The notes: generated by a model not told the origin, from the letters alone. DNA of 64,000 nt from Pristiophorus japonicus (GCF_044704955.1 NC_091997.1:22754001-22818000); one strand, 5' to 3'. Counted from the stretch's first letter, positions 1 through 13,746 are shown. Numbers and translations are program-made.

Positions 1-1329
1 AACCATTGATACAAATTTAATCTAAAAGCTAATTTACATTACTTGCCAGTCAAGAGCAACTATACAGGTCTATTTTGTTTCCTCTGTGTTACTCCTGAGA
101 TAATATATAAAACATTCTTCTGCATGTGAAAGTTTATTTACAGCAAAGGCATTCCAATGTTCACAGTCGGGAACTGGGCCATTCCTTACTTGTATCAACT
201 TTATTTTGATAAGTTCTTTTAAAAGATGGCAAATAAGTATTGGATTTACTTGTCAGTCAGAAGATTTGAAACCAGCCCATACCATATGAAAGTGCATTGC
301 AGGAGAGTGAGACACTTAATATTTAGAAGTTGAATCTGATTTCATTTTTGGCAACTTTTCTCAGCTTTGTTTTGGTCATTATAATTCAACAGACATTTAG
401 ATATTCCTACAGTCAGTGGAAAACCTGAAGAGAAAGTTGCATGAATTTCTGTTGACTAATGAGATTTTGTTGTAATTGATGGTAAACAATTCTGTCTAGA
501 CTGTCAAAACAGATGTAAACACCTACGCCATTACTTTTTAATTCGCCTTATGTTCTCTCTTTTCAGCTGATGCTATCCTACATTATGCATATTGGCCCTT
601 CAGTCAGGTTACTCTATGGTCCTGAAATTCTTTTGGTGTCCCAAACAATCTCTTTCTGTAACTTTGGTGAGAGTCGGGCAGAACCCCTCCCCCAGGAGAA
701 TGGTGGACACCAGGTTGCTATGGCGGCCAGTAAACCAAGAGAGTGGAGCATTTCCCATCTCCACAAGGCTGCAGGTAGATCCAAGGAGCATGTGCCTCCA
801 GGTTCTGACCACAGGTTTTGCAGGGTGAGTGGGTTGGGTGGGAGGGGTACCTCATTAGCATGGGATAGACATGCACAAGTACCACTAAGAGCACATGTCT
901 GATCCCTGACTGTCCTCTGCCCATGGAAACTCTTCCATTCGCCAGCCCTTTTGGGGGGAGGTTTGCCTAATCCCTTATTCCCTCTCCTGATCTCGGCCAT
1001 ACCTTGACTTGCCTGGACCCCAACTGGTGTGGCCCACAAGTGCCTCCAATCACTCGGCAATGCGGCCACCACAGAAACAGTGGGTAGGTCGCCTTTCAGT
1101 TTGAAGAGTGAGAACTCCTAGTTTTGGCGGTCCTCACCCTTGGCTCCAATCCTTGGCCATGATTTGCCTTGTATGGCGTGAATGGATATTCTGCCTCTTA
1201 TAAGGCAGCCAGGAAACCCCTGGAAATGGCAACGATCTAGTTATGAAGACTGACAGAACCCCACAGGAATTTCCCTGGCTGACGTGAATGGGGAAACAAG
1301 AGAAAAAAATATTAAATGTGAATACAGTC

Positions 1330-1665
1330 AGAAGATTACTACTGATAGATTATGGAATTAAAGTGGAACTATTTTATGGTGAATTGAGTTTTTTTTTAAT
1401 TAAAGTGAGTTTTTTAACAGTATGGGCTTTTATAGTGAAAATCAAATTTTCATAGTTAAATTGAGCTGTTAAAGGATAAAGTGGTTTTCATAATCATTGA
1501 GGTTTTTATAGTGAAATTGAACTTTTTTAATGGTAAAAATAATTGTTAAAATGGAATTATATTTTTATGGCAAAAGTTGTGTTTTTTTTTAAATTAAAGT
1601 TTTTTTTAATAGTAAATTTCTGATTTTTAATAACAAAAGTGAGTTTGTCCTGACCAATTTTACTA
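1330..1665. repeat. Degenerate AT-rich tandem / low-complexity tract
   Basis: Units such as aattaaagtgagttttttta and atagtgaaattgaactttt recur at roughly 20-22 bp spacing. Confidence 0.5.
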
Positions 1666-1750
1666 TAATCGGAGTTGGTTAATTGAGATGTAAGAAATGA
1701 TGTAAATTCGACCTCAGTCACAATAATCCGCTCAATGTGATATTACTGTA

Positions 1751-1997
1751 ATGAGCAGGGGAATTATCCCCGGTTTCCTGGGGCCAATATTTATCCCTCA
1801 ATCAGCACAACAAAAAAATAGATTATCTGGTCATTATCACGTTGCTGTTTGTGGGAGCTTGCTTGTGCGCAAATTGGCTGCCACACTTCCCACAGTACAA
1901 CAGTGACTACACTCCAAAAGTACTTCATTGGCTGTAAAGAGCTTTGAGACGTCTGGTGGTTGTGAAAGACGCTATATAAATGCAAGTATTTCTTCCT
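1751..1997 (+). mobile_element. Deu-type tRNA SINE (SacSINE1-like), 3' half
   Basis: Matches the 3' half of the full copy at 5724-6200, including the tail gacgctatataaatgcaagt. Confidence 0.85.
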
Positions 1998-2751
1998 TTA
2001 ATCTTACAAATTATTCATAGAGTGGCCCGCTGAATCAGAAATGTTCAGCATTCTCTGCTTCCCTGGTCCCAACAGTTCTTGTGCAGGCCTCACATTGACC
2101 ATTTCTTGCAGATGAGCTGGAGTGAATGCTTCAATCTAGTTTAATTAGGCCAGTAATCAGACAGAGATTAAATGCTTAAGGACGGGAGGCAGCTGTTCTC
2201 ATTGATGCGAAATGCATCCCACTGCTCCTTATAGGCTAAAGTTATTAGCACAGCGATGTTCACTAAAAGGGAGTAGTAATTTTATTATAACATGAGTGTT
2301 TTTTTCTATTACTGCATTACAAGAGATTTGTGATATCAATCATCTTCATGATGAATTAAGTTTCAGTATATTTTAGTCCAATATAGGCAGACTCTACTGC
2401 ATTCAATTTTACAGTTACAATAGAATCAGCATGATCTATACTTCCAATTATCCACTGCTCTGTTAATCTGCCAGAATTCTCACTGGACCAAGCTTTCGGT
2501 TAGACACTTGCTAATACAGACCCATCTCTATTTCACCCTTCTTTGATGAATAAAGCGCCGTAATTTTTTAATCTGTTCTAATTTCTGTGCAAAGGATATT
2601 GAATAAGAGCAAATTTTGTTGACTTGATTGTTGACTTAAAATTCCATGAGCTACCAGACAGGGCTCCCCTTCATTATGGCTGATAATGGACGCTCTGTTA
2701 TACTTAATCTCTCCAGGTAGGAGCTTGCAAATCAGACATGAAGCCCTCCAA

Positions 2752-3245
2752 GAACGTAAGAACTTAAGAAATAGGAGCATGAGTAGGCCAAATGGCTCCT
2801 CGAGCCTGCTCCGCCATTCAAATAAGATCATGGATGGTCTGATCTTGGCCTCAACTCCACTTTCCTGTGCTCTCCCCATAACTCTTGACTTCCCTGTAGT
2901 TCAAAAATCTGTCTATCTCCACCTTAAATATATTCAATGACCCAGCCTCCACAGCTCTCTGAAGTAGAGAATTCCAAAAATTCACGATCCTCTGAGAGAA
3001 GAAATTCCTCCTCATCTCTGTTTTAAATGGGTGACCCCTTCTTCTGAAACTATGGCCCCTAGTTCTAGATTCCCCCACGATGTGAAACATCCTCTCTGCA
3101 TGTACCCTGTCAAGCCCCCTCAGGATCTTATATGTTTCAGTAAGATCACCTCTCATTCTTCTAAGCTCCAATGAGTATAGTCCCAACTGCTCAACCTTTC
3201 TTCATAAGACAACCCCTTCATCTCAGGAATCAACCTCATGAACCT
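2752..3245 (-). mobile_element. CR1 (HER1-like) LINE 3' fragment
   Basis: Encodes the CR1 ORF2 C-terminus (LYSLELRRMRGDLTETYKILRG...RRNFFSQRIVNFWNSL) and has a (ttcttatg)-type tandem tail at 2752-2770. Confidence 0.92.
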
Positions 3246-3741
3246 TAATCTCTGCTCCGCCCTTCCCCTCAAAAAATACTGATTTACAAAAACTATACAG
3301 ATTACAAATGAGATTGCATGATTTAATTTAGTACTGATCACCGATATTTATTCTACCCCACACTCCCACTGAGGCTATACAATTAAGGGTTGCATCTTTT
3401 TTGAGAGGGGTGGGGGGTCTTCAATATATAACTTTACTTCTGTCTTAGCAACAACGGCAACTGAGACAGCAGGGATGCACCTGGTCTCAGGCCTCTGCCA
3501 ATGCTAGGAGACCAGTCTGCTGACGATTGTCTCTATGATTCATCCTCCTTCTATGGGGAATCACTAGGCTTCTGCTGAGACTGGGGAACTGAACATCGTG
3601 AGGACGACACTGGGTACATTGTTTAACCAGTCGCGATAGTTTTTGTGACGATTTCTGTTGTTCTCTGATTGGGTATTTGTTTGTTAGCTTCTCGTTGTTT
3701 AGCACGTATGTAAAGTGTGACTTGTTTTTCTCTATTTTTTA

Positions 3742-4067
3742 AGAAAGAAAGACTTGCATTTATATAGCACCTTTCACGACCACTGGACACGTCAAAGCAC
3801 TTTACAGTCAATGAAGTACTTTTGGAGTGTAGTCACTGTTGTAATGTGGGAAACACGGCAGCCAACTTGCGCACAGCAAGCTCCCACAAACAGCAATGTG
3901 ATCATGACTAGCTAATCTGTTTTTGTTATGTTGATTGAGGGATAAATATTGGCTAGGACACCAGGGATAACTCCCTTGCTCTTCTTCGAAATAGTGCCCT
4001 GGGATCTTTTATGTCCACCTGAGAGAGCAGACGGGGCCTCGGTTTAACGTCTCATCTGAAAGACGGT
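3742..4067 (-). mobile_element. Deu-type SINE, 5'-truncated
   Basis: Reverse complement of the body and tail of 5724-6200. Confidence 0.9.
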
Positions 4068-4220
4068 TGCGTGTAAAATTTACAAATGGTCGTATCCAAC
4101 CAATGGTGCTTGCTTGGCCAGTACCAACTCACTGTACCCATGTGATGAACTTTGACCTCTGCTGGACCTTCAGGGAGAGATGCCATGTAGAAACCAAATA
4201 CTTTCTCACAGGGATTATAG

Positions 4221-4515
4221 CATAAGAACATAAGAAACAGGAGCATAGTAGGCCATTTGGCCCCTCGTACCTGCTCCGCCATTCAATAAGATCATGACTG
4301 ATCTGATCTTGGCCTCAACTCCACTTCCCCACCTGGTCCCCATAACCCTAGACTCCCTTATCATTCAAAAATCTGTCTATCTCCACCTTAAATATATTCA
4401 ATGACCCAGCCTCCACAGCTCTCTGGTGTAGGGAATTCCAAAGATTCACGACCCTCTGAGAGAAGAAATTCCTCCTCATTTCTGTTTTAAATGGACGGCT
4501 CCTTATTCTAAAACT
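4221..4515 (-). mobile_element. CR1 LINE 3' fragment
   Basis: cataagaacataagaa tail and RIRSRPFKTEMRRNFFSQRVVNLWNSL; closely similar to 2752-3050. Confidence 0.9.
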
Positions 4516-5252
4516 ATTGCAGAGAAACTTGAGGCAGCGCCAGTACAGACAAGGCTTATGTATCTCCTGGAAAGCCATTTACATAGAGGGAGTGATAGCA
4601 AATGACCTGCACAATGTTCCCATTGGGGAATGATGTATATTAGTGTTGGACAGCGGAGGGGAAAGAATATAAGAAGTAGAATCAATAAAACAGTTGGGGC
4701 TTGCTACTGCTGTTAGATGCAAATGCCGGTAGCTACAAATATTAACCAATCAAAATCATTAGGAAAGTAAATGAGATTTTGATGACAAGACAAGAAAGGT
4801 TTTTGATGCCAAGCTGCACAATTTCAAGACACTTACATTCACAAGAAGATCAAAGCATTATATGTGGTGGTTTCAGATATCATCAAATTATGTTCAGTTC
4901 ACACAACCAAAATCAGATCGAGTCCCTTTTGAAGTCTGGCTGAGAATAGATAATCCACTCACTTTACCTGTAGACTGCAATAAGGGTTTGCTGGCCTTTT
5001 GACAGCTGCACTGAAACAGTGCTTAGGGACTGCTGTGGCGTGATCACAATAGCAGGCTCATGTGTCCATTTTTGCTCACTCTGAATCAGCTTCTCTCTCC
5101 ATTTTCCCAAATGCATGCTGAAACCCAAATTGGGCGACCTGCTATTTTCCAATTCCCTCAATGTTGCTATGCTCACTGTTTGTTCCATAAAATATTCCTT
5201 TAATATTAAAAGCATGATCTAGTATGATGTTCTGTAATATAAGGTTCTACGG

Positions 5253-5460
5253 AGGGGTAGAACTTGCGCTCCGATTGGGGGCGGTAACCAGCTTGGGACG
5301 GTACTTCCTGCACCCGGCGCGTAAGTCCCGCCCCGGCCGCTGAATTGGCCTTACTGCCCCTCAGAGGAAGTGGAGCGCAATCTAGTGTGCTTCACTTCCT
5401 GTAGGGGCGGGTCTAGCGGTGCTGAAGGGTCGCCGCACATGGCATTGTCGGCGCGGCAAA
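5253..5460. mobile_element. GC-rich Harbinger-like MITE fragment
   Basis: A ggggtagaactt terminus and GC-rich body resembling the other GGG-terminal elements in the window. It is followed by a SINE head fragment at 5470-5520 (minus). Confidence 0.45.
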
Positions 5461-5723
5461 AAGTGTTTCTCAACCTTCTGACTCAGAGGCGAATGTGCTA
5501 CCCACTGAGCCACAGCTGACGCAGGAATAGAAGGATATGCTGATAGGGGGAGAGGAGGCCAGTTGGGCCCAATGGTTCTGTGCTGTAAATTCTATGTACC
5601 CTGTAATTCTGTGTTAATATTTTGTGTTGAGACAAGCACGAAGGACCTTGAGCCGAGCCATTAACCTGTCTTGCCTTTTCGCAGCTGCTCATGGATCCGG
5701 TTTCAATTTCCTGCACTTTTGGC

Positions 5724-6200
5724 TGTCAGCTGTGACTCAGTTTGTAGCACCCTCGCCTCGGAGTCAGAAGGTTGTGGGTTCAAATCCCACTTCAGAGACC
5801 TGAGCACATGAATCTAGGCTGACACTCCAGCGCAGTGCTGAGGGAGCGCTGCACTGTCAGAGGTGCCGTCTTTCAGATGAGACATTAAACTGAAGTCCTG
5901 TCTGCTGTCTCAGGTGGATGTAAAAGATCCCATGGCACTATTTCGAAGAAGAGCAGGGGAGCTTTCCTTGGTGTTCTGGAGCCAATATTTATCCCTCAAT
6001 CAACATCATTAAAAAGAGATTATCTGGTCATTATCACATTGCTGTTTGTGGGAGCTTGCTGTGCACAAGTTGGCTGCTGTGTTTCCAGATTACAACAGTG
6101 ACTACACTCCAACGGTACTTCATTGGCTGTAAAGAGTTCTGAGACGCCCGGTGGTCGTGAAAGACGCTATATAAATGCAAGACTTTCTTTTTTTCTTTTC
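5724..6200 (+). mobile_element. Full-length Deu-type tRNA-derived SINE (SacSINE1-like)
   Basis: tRNA-like head with A box (tgactcagtttg) and B box (ggttcaaatccc), a conserved core (gtaaaagatcccatggcactatttcgaagaagagcagggg), a LINE-like tail (gctatataaatgcaag) and a T-rich end. About 12 copies occur in the window. Confidence 0.9.
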
Positions 6201-7079
6201 TTTTTAATTTCAGATTGTCAAGAATTTGCAGTTTCTCTGCATTGTCGCCAGTTCTTGCAGCAGAGATTTAATAATAAGACGATGTCTGTAAGAAAGGCAA
6301 CTCTGCTTTTCCTTAAAAACTGAGGTGGTAGGTCAGGAGCTTAAACTACAACAAATTAATGGCTAGACTGCACTGTGAAGCAGACACGATTCCAGTCAAT
6401 AAAAGGAATGGTTTCCTTTATTATTTATCTTCGAAATCTTTCGAGGACACAGAAAAATCTTCTCATGCAATACCACTCGATGGATAGATTATCATAGCCG
6501 AGAAATGGCTATTGTTGGTAGCAGCAGACGAATACATTCCACGTTTGTCCGACATTCCTGTTATCTTAACACAGCATTAACCTGTTTATTTCAAACATTT
6601 TAAAGCACCATTAGGTATTCTTCTGCTAATATCAGTAACAATAATTTCTGCACTTTAGAAAATCAGCTCTTTGTAATTATTTAGTTTGTTTCTTTATCTG
6701 GAGGATTTTTAATTCAGAGAAGATCTTCATCTGGACTCAAAAGCTGTGCAAATAAGAAGTGAAAACATAAATAGGCACTGAAATAATTAAACTCAACAAC
6801 AATAGTTTGTATTTATATAGCGCCTTTAACTTCCCAAGATGCTTCACAGGAACATTATAAGACAAAAAATAAATAAAATAATTTGAAATAATTATTTGAC
6901 ATAAATTATCAAATTCTGCGAAATGCATAGTGAAAATCCATACTGGCTGGAGGTGCACTCGGCTAATTCAGCTTTTAGTTGACCAGAATCATGTCTGCTT
7001 TACAATGCTGCAGTCCAACACTGGCTAATTGTAAAACTAGCTGAGGCATGCGACTCCATGTGAGGACAAGCTGGTTGAG

Positions 7080-7282
7080 TCAATTCCTCAATCGACATCA
7101 TCACTAAAACAGATTATCTGGACAATTACGTCATTGCTGTTTGTGGGATCTTGCTGTGTGTCCCTACGTAATCACCAGTGACTAAATGTCAACAGTATTT
7201 CATTTGGCTTCTGAAGCACTTTGGGGTGTCCTGAGAAGGTGAAAAGTGCTATATGAATGTATGCTTGTTCTTTCTTTCTTCT
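7080..7282 (+). mobile_element. Deu-type SINE, diverged 3' fragment
   Basis: acagattatctgg...cattgctgtttgtgggatcttgctgtg...gtgctatatgaatg. Confidence 0.75.
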
Positions 7283-7322
7283 CTCTATCCTGCGATTTGC
7301 TGCTCAAACAATTTGGCATCAC

Positions 7323-7413
7323 GGGTAGATTTTCAGAGACCTGACGTACGACAAGGTTTCCGATGCGCACTCGAGACATGTGAAAAATGTGGGAGCTCTT
7401 GGAAAATCTACCC
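7323..7413. mobile_element. ~91-bp MITE with 12-bp perfect TIRs
   Basis: Termini are GGGTAGATTTTC ... GAAAATCTACCC. GGG termini are typical of PIF/Harbinger MITEs. Confidence 0.7.
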
Positions 7414-8169
7414 CAATGTTCGTTATTGATTTGAATCTGGTCGGCTGCTGAACTTGCGGTTCAGGAGTTCAGTGTCCGTTAATACTAAAATAAAATCTGA
7501 AAGATTTATTTGGGCTCCCGCTATGCTGATCATTCACTAAAATTAAAATTCAGGTTTTCATATCTGTTGACCCAGCTTTACACCGAATTTTATTGACGCG
7601 GGTGAGAGGTTGTAGATGTTCATCTCACGAAAGCATGAAAACCACTTATTAAAGGTCGCAATTACATCACACTTCAAGTGACTGTGACACTTTATGAGGT
7701 GAACAAAATCATCATGTCATGTTTCTATGGCGACCACGCTTCTTTAATGGCGGCCAGTAAGTCACAACCCTCCAGTGAGCAAATGAGATGTCATGGATGT
7801 GAATGATTGATTATATATACTTAGATCAGATGCATTGCTTCATTATTTGATTAGTCACACCTAGGTTATTATGTTATTGATTGATTATGCTTGTCATCAA
7901 TGTGAGTATGATTGATTAATGTGGTCTAGCACTGCCGATCATGGTTGTGAGGATGGAGTAAATGGTAAAAAAAATGATGCTAGTTTTCTGATGAACATAT
8001 AGAAATATAAAGCCTGAACCAGAAGCTTTAATCCTTCTTTCAGTCTTACTGTAACGTGCAGTTCTTTCTCTTTTACCCGTTCCTTGTAAAATCATGATCG
8101 TACGAGTCGAAGACTTCTCTCTAACCACCATCAGTGCTGTTCTGTCATTGGCTGAAAGAAGGCACATTT

Positions 8170-8897
8170 AGAGCGCTAGACATTCCATATCGCCCCGGTT
8201 GGGCCATTAACTTTTGACAAGTTGTAAGCTTTCTGTTAGGCACCAATCAATCTCCACACCCGCGAAATTGTGTCTCCGTGCTGAAAGAATGCAGGGGAGC
8301 CCTCAATCAGGCGCTAATGGCGTAGGTGAGTGGCATTAGGCTCCAAGTGGTAACGAAAATGAGGTGTTGTGTAATCGGGAGTGAGCTATTAAAGAGGAGG
8401 GTCACTGGAGTCTGCACACCAGCCCCCAGTGATTCGGGGAGTGTAGAATGGCGAGATGCTGTGGGATGAAATGGCCCGCAACTCTCCAGGGACTAAGCAG
8501 CATTAATTTGGCTGCAGATACATCCTGCACGCTCTGGCATGCATAACTGACCTTTGGAACGGAACTACTGGAGTGAATCCCTTTAAGTAGTGCCCTGCCA
8601 GCCGCCAACTGGCTTGTAAACACCTCCGCTCCCTGGCACTGTCAGCCCGAGGTGGTAAGGCGGGGGCGCTACCGAAGTTTGAAAATCGGGCATCAGCAAG
8701 CGTTGCATGCTCCCCGATGTCATGATCTGCATGTCGATAGGTGCCGAGGCGCTAAATGGTATCGCCGGCACTATGGAGCTGGCAAATGTGCCGTGCGGCA
8801 TGGGATTCGCCCCGCTGCCCTGCTACTGCCTGAACACCCCGTCAGCACCCCCCGTCAGGTGCTAACTGAGGGCGCTAACATGTCGAATTTCTCCCCC
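8170..8897 (-). mobile_element. Harbinger-like non-autonomous DNA element
   Basis: Ends in gtcgaatttctcccc, the reverse complement of the ggggagaaattcg terminus at 53408. The body is rich in ggcgctaa motifs. Confidence 0.6.
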
Positions 8898-9494
8898 CTT
8901 ATGTTAGCAGTGCACTTTCCTGTGGAATTGTGGCCTTCTCCTGTTACACTTATTGTGAACCAGCCAAGAAGTGGTCCGACTCATCCAATGGAGAGAAGGA
9001 AGGTCCAAATACTAGTTAGTGTTGAAGGTTAAGCTTTGCTTGGGTGTTCTGCACCCTCAGAGAGCTTCAGTTACATTAAATATAAAACCCACCCATTTGT
9101 AAATTTTGCCTGCTGTTATGTTGAAGCTGAAACTAGGAGCCGAGTCACTGCATCATTCCACCATGACAAAAAGGTCTGATGTTTGTTGCTTGTTTAACTC
9201 TTCTTTGACCACAAATTAGGGACCCAATGAGGCCAACTCTCCCCCTATCACCCAACCTTGGGATGAACTTGGTCATTTCCAGCCCAGCAGCTGGTGAGGA
9301 TAGAACCACCCAGAGATAAACATCACACTCACTCATGTTTGACCATTAGGGAGCAGAAACCACAAAGGTTGCTGTCGTTGTGAAGGAAGTTGTGATTCTG
9401 CTCACTAGGTAATCACGCCTAAGTTAGTCATCGTGAGATGACAGAATAGTGGCCGAAGGAATGGGAGATACTCGCCTAACACCTACCCCTTTAG

Positions 9495-10992
9495 GACTTG
9501 CACTCACTCATTTTGTTTATTCAGAAAAAGGTGCCTTTTGAGATTTATATTTCTTATTCTGCCAGATAACATTTAATATATTTACACAAACTTGGCTTTC
9601 TAGGTATTCTTAAGAGTCAAAATAATTGTGGAAAGATTTTCTCAAAAGTGGTTGCTGTCTGCTGGCTGACAAATAAAGACCATTAGAGATTTGTCTCCTC
9701 AGGTTATCCTGTCCTTGAGTGAACAGTAGGAATGCACACAGACATACAACAGAAACATACCATTTTACATACACTGGTGTGGAAGAGGGCATTTCTCAGT
9801 GCAAACAATGGCATTATTTATAATAGTTAAAATACTTGTGCTGTTATTCGTACTCACATCCTTATCAGAACTTTCATCCAAGTCCTCCTTGTTAGTACAT
9901 GCATAGCAGGTGACAATTCAATAGGACCACCTCCCTTTTCCTCATCTGCATGCATTATTGAATTGCTTGAATAGGGTCCAAAGTCAAACTTGCATCTTTC
10001 TTTTCCCCCATGTCTACATTCACATCGATAAACTAGACATCGGTAGTCAATGGCGTAGCAAAAAGTCTAGAATGGTCCCTTTTGGTCAGGTACATCATCT
10101 GGCCGTATAGAACCTCGGCGGCTTGTGGCAAACATGCTCACAAAGACACGCAGGGAAGTCTGTACAGGGAAGAAATAAACAGCGGGGGAGCAACTGTTGC
10201 AATTCCACAAAGAGAAAGAAAAACGAACAGAATGGTAATGAGCTAGCCCGCTTCCGCATCCCTCCTTCATCATGAGTTTTTCCAATCCCTTTTTTCCAGA
10301 TGCCAAGATAAATAATGGAATATTAATTCCGCATGACCTATAAAACCGATGCAATGAAGACAACAGGCACACCAGGGACTCGGAGAAGTGGAGACTATTA
10401 AACAAGACATGTTGAGTCAAAGTGGTTGAGACATGTGGGCATTTTACATGATATCTACAATTTGTCAGTGTCCCTAGCTAATGGAGGAGGCAGTTACTTA
10501 ATTATTCATCCATTTTGCCATTGATCTGATGTATTTTTCTAAACCTGTAAAATTATTGAAAGGTTTCGATATTAAAAACATTAAATATGATTTTAGACGA
10601 TAATTACAATAATGATTGATCCACCTTTTGCTATTTTAGGTAACCTGGACATTAATCCGCGGTTGGACTATGACCAATATGAATCTGAACTTGCCTCTTG
10701 TAGCCAGGAATGACTATTACTGGCACGGCAGAAACAGACACCGTCTGTTGAAGTGTTCCACGAAAAGTGACGCTATGCATTAGCCTTTGTGAGTTTTTTT
10801 TGTGTTGGGCTTTTTACACATTTTTACTTCCACTTACAGAACTGCAGAATGCTGTAATAACAGGCACAGAACACTCTACCAACAGTTATTAAACTGTTCT
10901 CACCAAGAGCTTCAGTGTGTGAGTCAACCTGCCAATCACTCCAAATCCGCACGTCATTTAAAAAAAGAAACAAATTCACCCTCCCACCAACT
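9495..10992 (-). other. Probable neurexophilin 3' UTR with candidate AATAAA at 9516-9521
   Basis: Repeat-free unique sequence downstream of the stop codon. Plus-strand tttatt at 9516-9521 reads AATAAA on the minus strand. The transcript end is not demonstrable from sequence alone. Confidence 0.45.
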
Positions 10993-11790
<798 letters not shown>

Positions 11791-12501
11791 AAAAAAGATG
11801 CACAGGTGACCATTCTTAAATAAGCACGGTCAACACAAAACAATTTATTTTGAAAACTCACTGCTGCAGTTATGTAACTCGTAGTAACATGCACCATTAC
11901 TTGCGTGGCAACAATCCTTCAAACAAAAAAACAATGTTCGTTAAATGCTTAGCATGAAGATGGTTCCCCTTTAAAAAGCAACTCTGCCCTAATTGTAACC
12001 GGATAAATAAATGGGTTTCTTTGTATTGCAGTGAAGTTTTCTCCAAGTGGTCAAAAGAGCTGAAATACAACAAACTTTAAAAATTTTATTTATTCATTCA
12101 CGGGATGTGGGCGTCCTTTGATTGCCCTCAAGAAGGTGGTGGTAAGCCGCCTTCTTGAACCGCTGCAGTCCGTGTGGTGAAGGTGCTCCCACAGTGTTGA
12201 CTTTGTTGTACTGGTTTGGTACGACTGAGTGGCTCGCTGGGCCATTCCAGAGGGCAGTTAAGAATCAACCACATCGCTGTGGGTCTGGAGTCACATATAG
12301 GCCAGATCGGGCAAGAACGGCAGATTTCCTTCCCTAAAGGACATTAGTGAACCAGTTGGGATTTTCTAGTCACCAGTACTGATACCAGCTTTTTAAAAAA
12401 TCCAGATTTGTTTAATTAACGGAATTTAAATTCCCGCAGCTGCCGTGGTGGGATTTGAACTCACGTCTCCGAATTATTAGTCCAGGGCCTCTGGATTATT
12501 A

Positions 12502-12636
12502 CAAAAGGAAAATACTGCGGAAGCTGGAATTTGAAATAAAGTTCTGACGAAGAGTCACAGACCTGAAACGTTAACTCTGTTTCTCTCCAGAGATGCTGCC
12601 TGACCTGCTGAGATTTCCAGCAATTTCTGTTTTTAA
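12502..12636. mobile_element. Penelope-like-derived mini-element with internal inversion and 14-bp TSD
   Basis: cctctggattatta is duplicated at 12488-12501 and 12637-12650. The first ~38 bp match the starts of 30728 and 62427; the remainder is the reverse complement of their body. Confidence 0.75.
12540..12576 (+). ncRNA. Minimal type I hammerhead ribozyme motif
   Basis: AGTT-CTGACGA-A-GAGTC-ACA-GACCT-GAAAC-GTT-AACT. It has the CUGANGA and GAAA cores, stem I AGUU/AACU, stem II with one mismatch and a palindromic ACGU stem III. Confidence 0.6.
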
Positions 12637-13012
12637 CCTCTGGATTATTAGTCCAGTAAAATAACCACTAAGCTACTGTCCCCCCAAACTGAAGATAACT
12701 TGTGGATTTCGTGAGACTGGAGTGAGGCTATGATGCTTTCCTTGGTTCTTGGGGCAACTTCCCGTTTTGGCTAGATCTAATTGTTGGTTTTGTTTTTACT
12801 ATTTTTGGTTTTGTTTAGGTTGAATTCTGTCAAGGGATTAGTCAGTCGCTGAATAGATCCTGTCTCTTTAAATAACCAACCAACCAGTAAGTGGAACAAC
12901 AAGTGGAGCAAGTAGGAACTGACTTGGATTAAGCAGCATTTGATATTTCCAACAGTTGTTACTGTAGTGGGGGCAGATAGCTCTCTGAGGAAAGTGTACG
13001 TGGAGAGAATAA

Positions 13013-13490
13013 AAGAAAAAGAAAGATTTGCATTTATATAGCGCCTTTCACGACCACCGGACGTCTCAAAGCGCTTTACAACCAATGAAGTACTTTTGGA
13101 GTGTAGTCCCTGTTGCAATGTAGGAAACGCGGCAGCCAATTTGCGCACAGCAAGCTCCCACAAACAGCAATGTGATAATGACCAGATAATCTGTGTTTTT
13201 TGTTATGTTGATTGAGGAATAAATATTGGCCAGGACACCAGGGATAACTCCACTGCCTCCACTGCTCTTCTTCAAAATAGTGCCATGGGATCTTTTATGT
13301 CCACCTGAGAGGGCGGACGGGGCTTCGGTTTAATATCGCATCCAAAAGACAACACCTCTGACAGTGCAGCACTCCCTCAGCACTGCAGTGTCAGTCTAGA
13401 TTTTTGTGTTCAAGTTCCTGGAATGGGACTTGAACCCACAACCATCTGACTCAGAGGCAAGAGTGGTACCCACTGAGCCACAGTTGATAC
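13013..13490 (-). mobile_element. Full-length Deu-type SINE
   Basis: Reverse complement of 5724-6200 from tail to tRNA head. Confidence 0.92.
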
Positions 13491-13746
13491 TTCTGGCAAA
13501 ACTCTATCTCAGTGTGTTTTCATTGATTTTCAGCAATACATTTCAACAACACAGTGCTTCCACTATTAGTCCTGTTTATAAATGGGCTTCATATTTCACA
13601 CTACTTACTCTTGAGTGAGCACTATATTTTGGCTAATGCAATGAATGGGGAAATCTAAAGTCTCCAGTCAGGATGATGGTGGATGGAACTTCATGATGTC
13701 AGTAGACTGTTATAAATGGCCGCTACCAGGCTTCCTCCAACTGATA
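13490..13746 (-). repeat. 5' extension shared with the SINE at 22503
   Basis: Reverse complement of 22220-22502, e.g. tatcagttggaggaagcctgg...catcatg.agttccatccac...gaagccc.tttataaacagg. Confidence 0.85.

Larger units (their letters stand above)
12084..12678 (-). mobile_element. Second tRNA-derived SINE family, interrupted by a Penelope-derived insert
   Basis: Minus-strand head gtagcttagtggtta...gagttcaaatcccaccacggcagc and tail cacatcccgtgaatgaataaataaaa. A second copy lies at 61933-62297. Confidence 0.8.

Noticed and set aside
540-902. Possible plus-strand exon (ttctctcttttcag acceptor at 566, 110-aa ORF, donor-like gcaggtag and agggtgag)
   Set aside because: The translation resembles no protein family I recognise and no partner exons are evident. 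It needs RNA-seq support.
5724-5795. tRNA genes at SINE heads (also about 13420-13490, 22503-22575, 41595-41667)
   Set aside because: Each runs directly into SINE body sequence and is degenerate. They are tRNA-derived heads, not tRNA genes.
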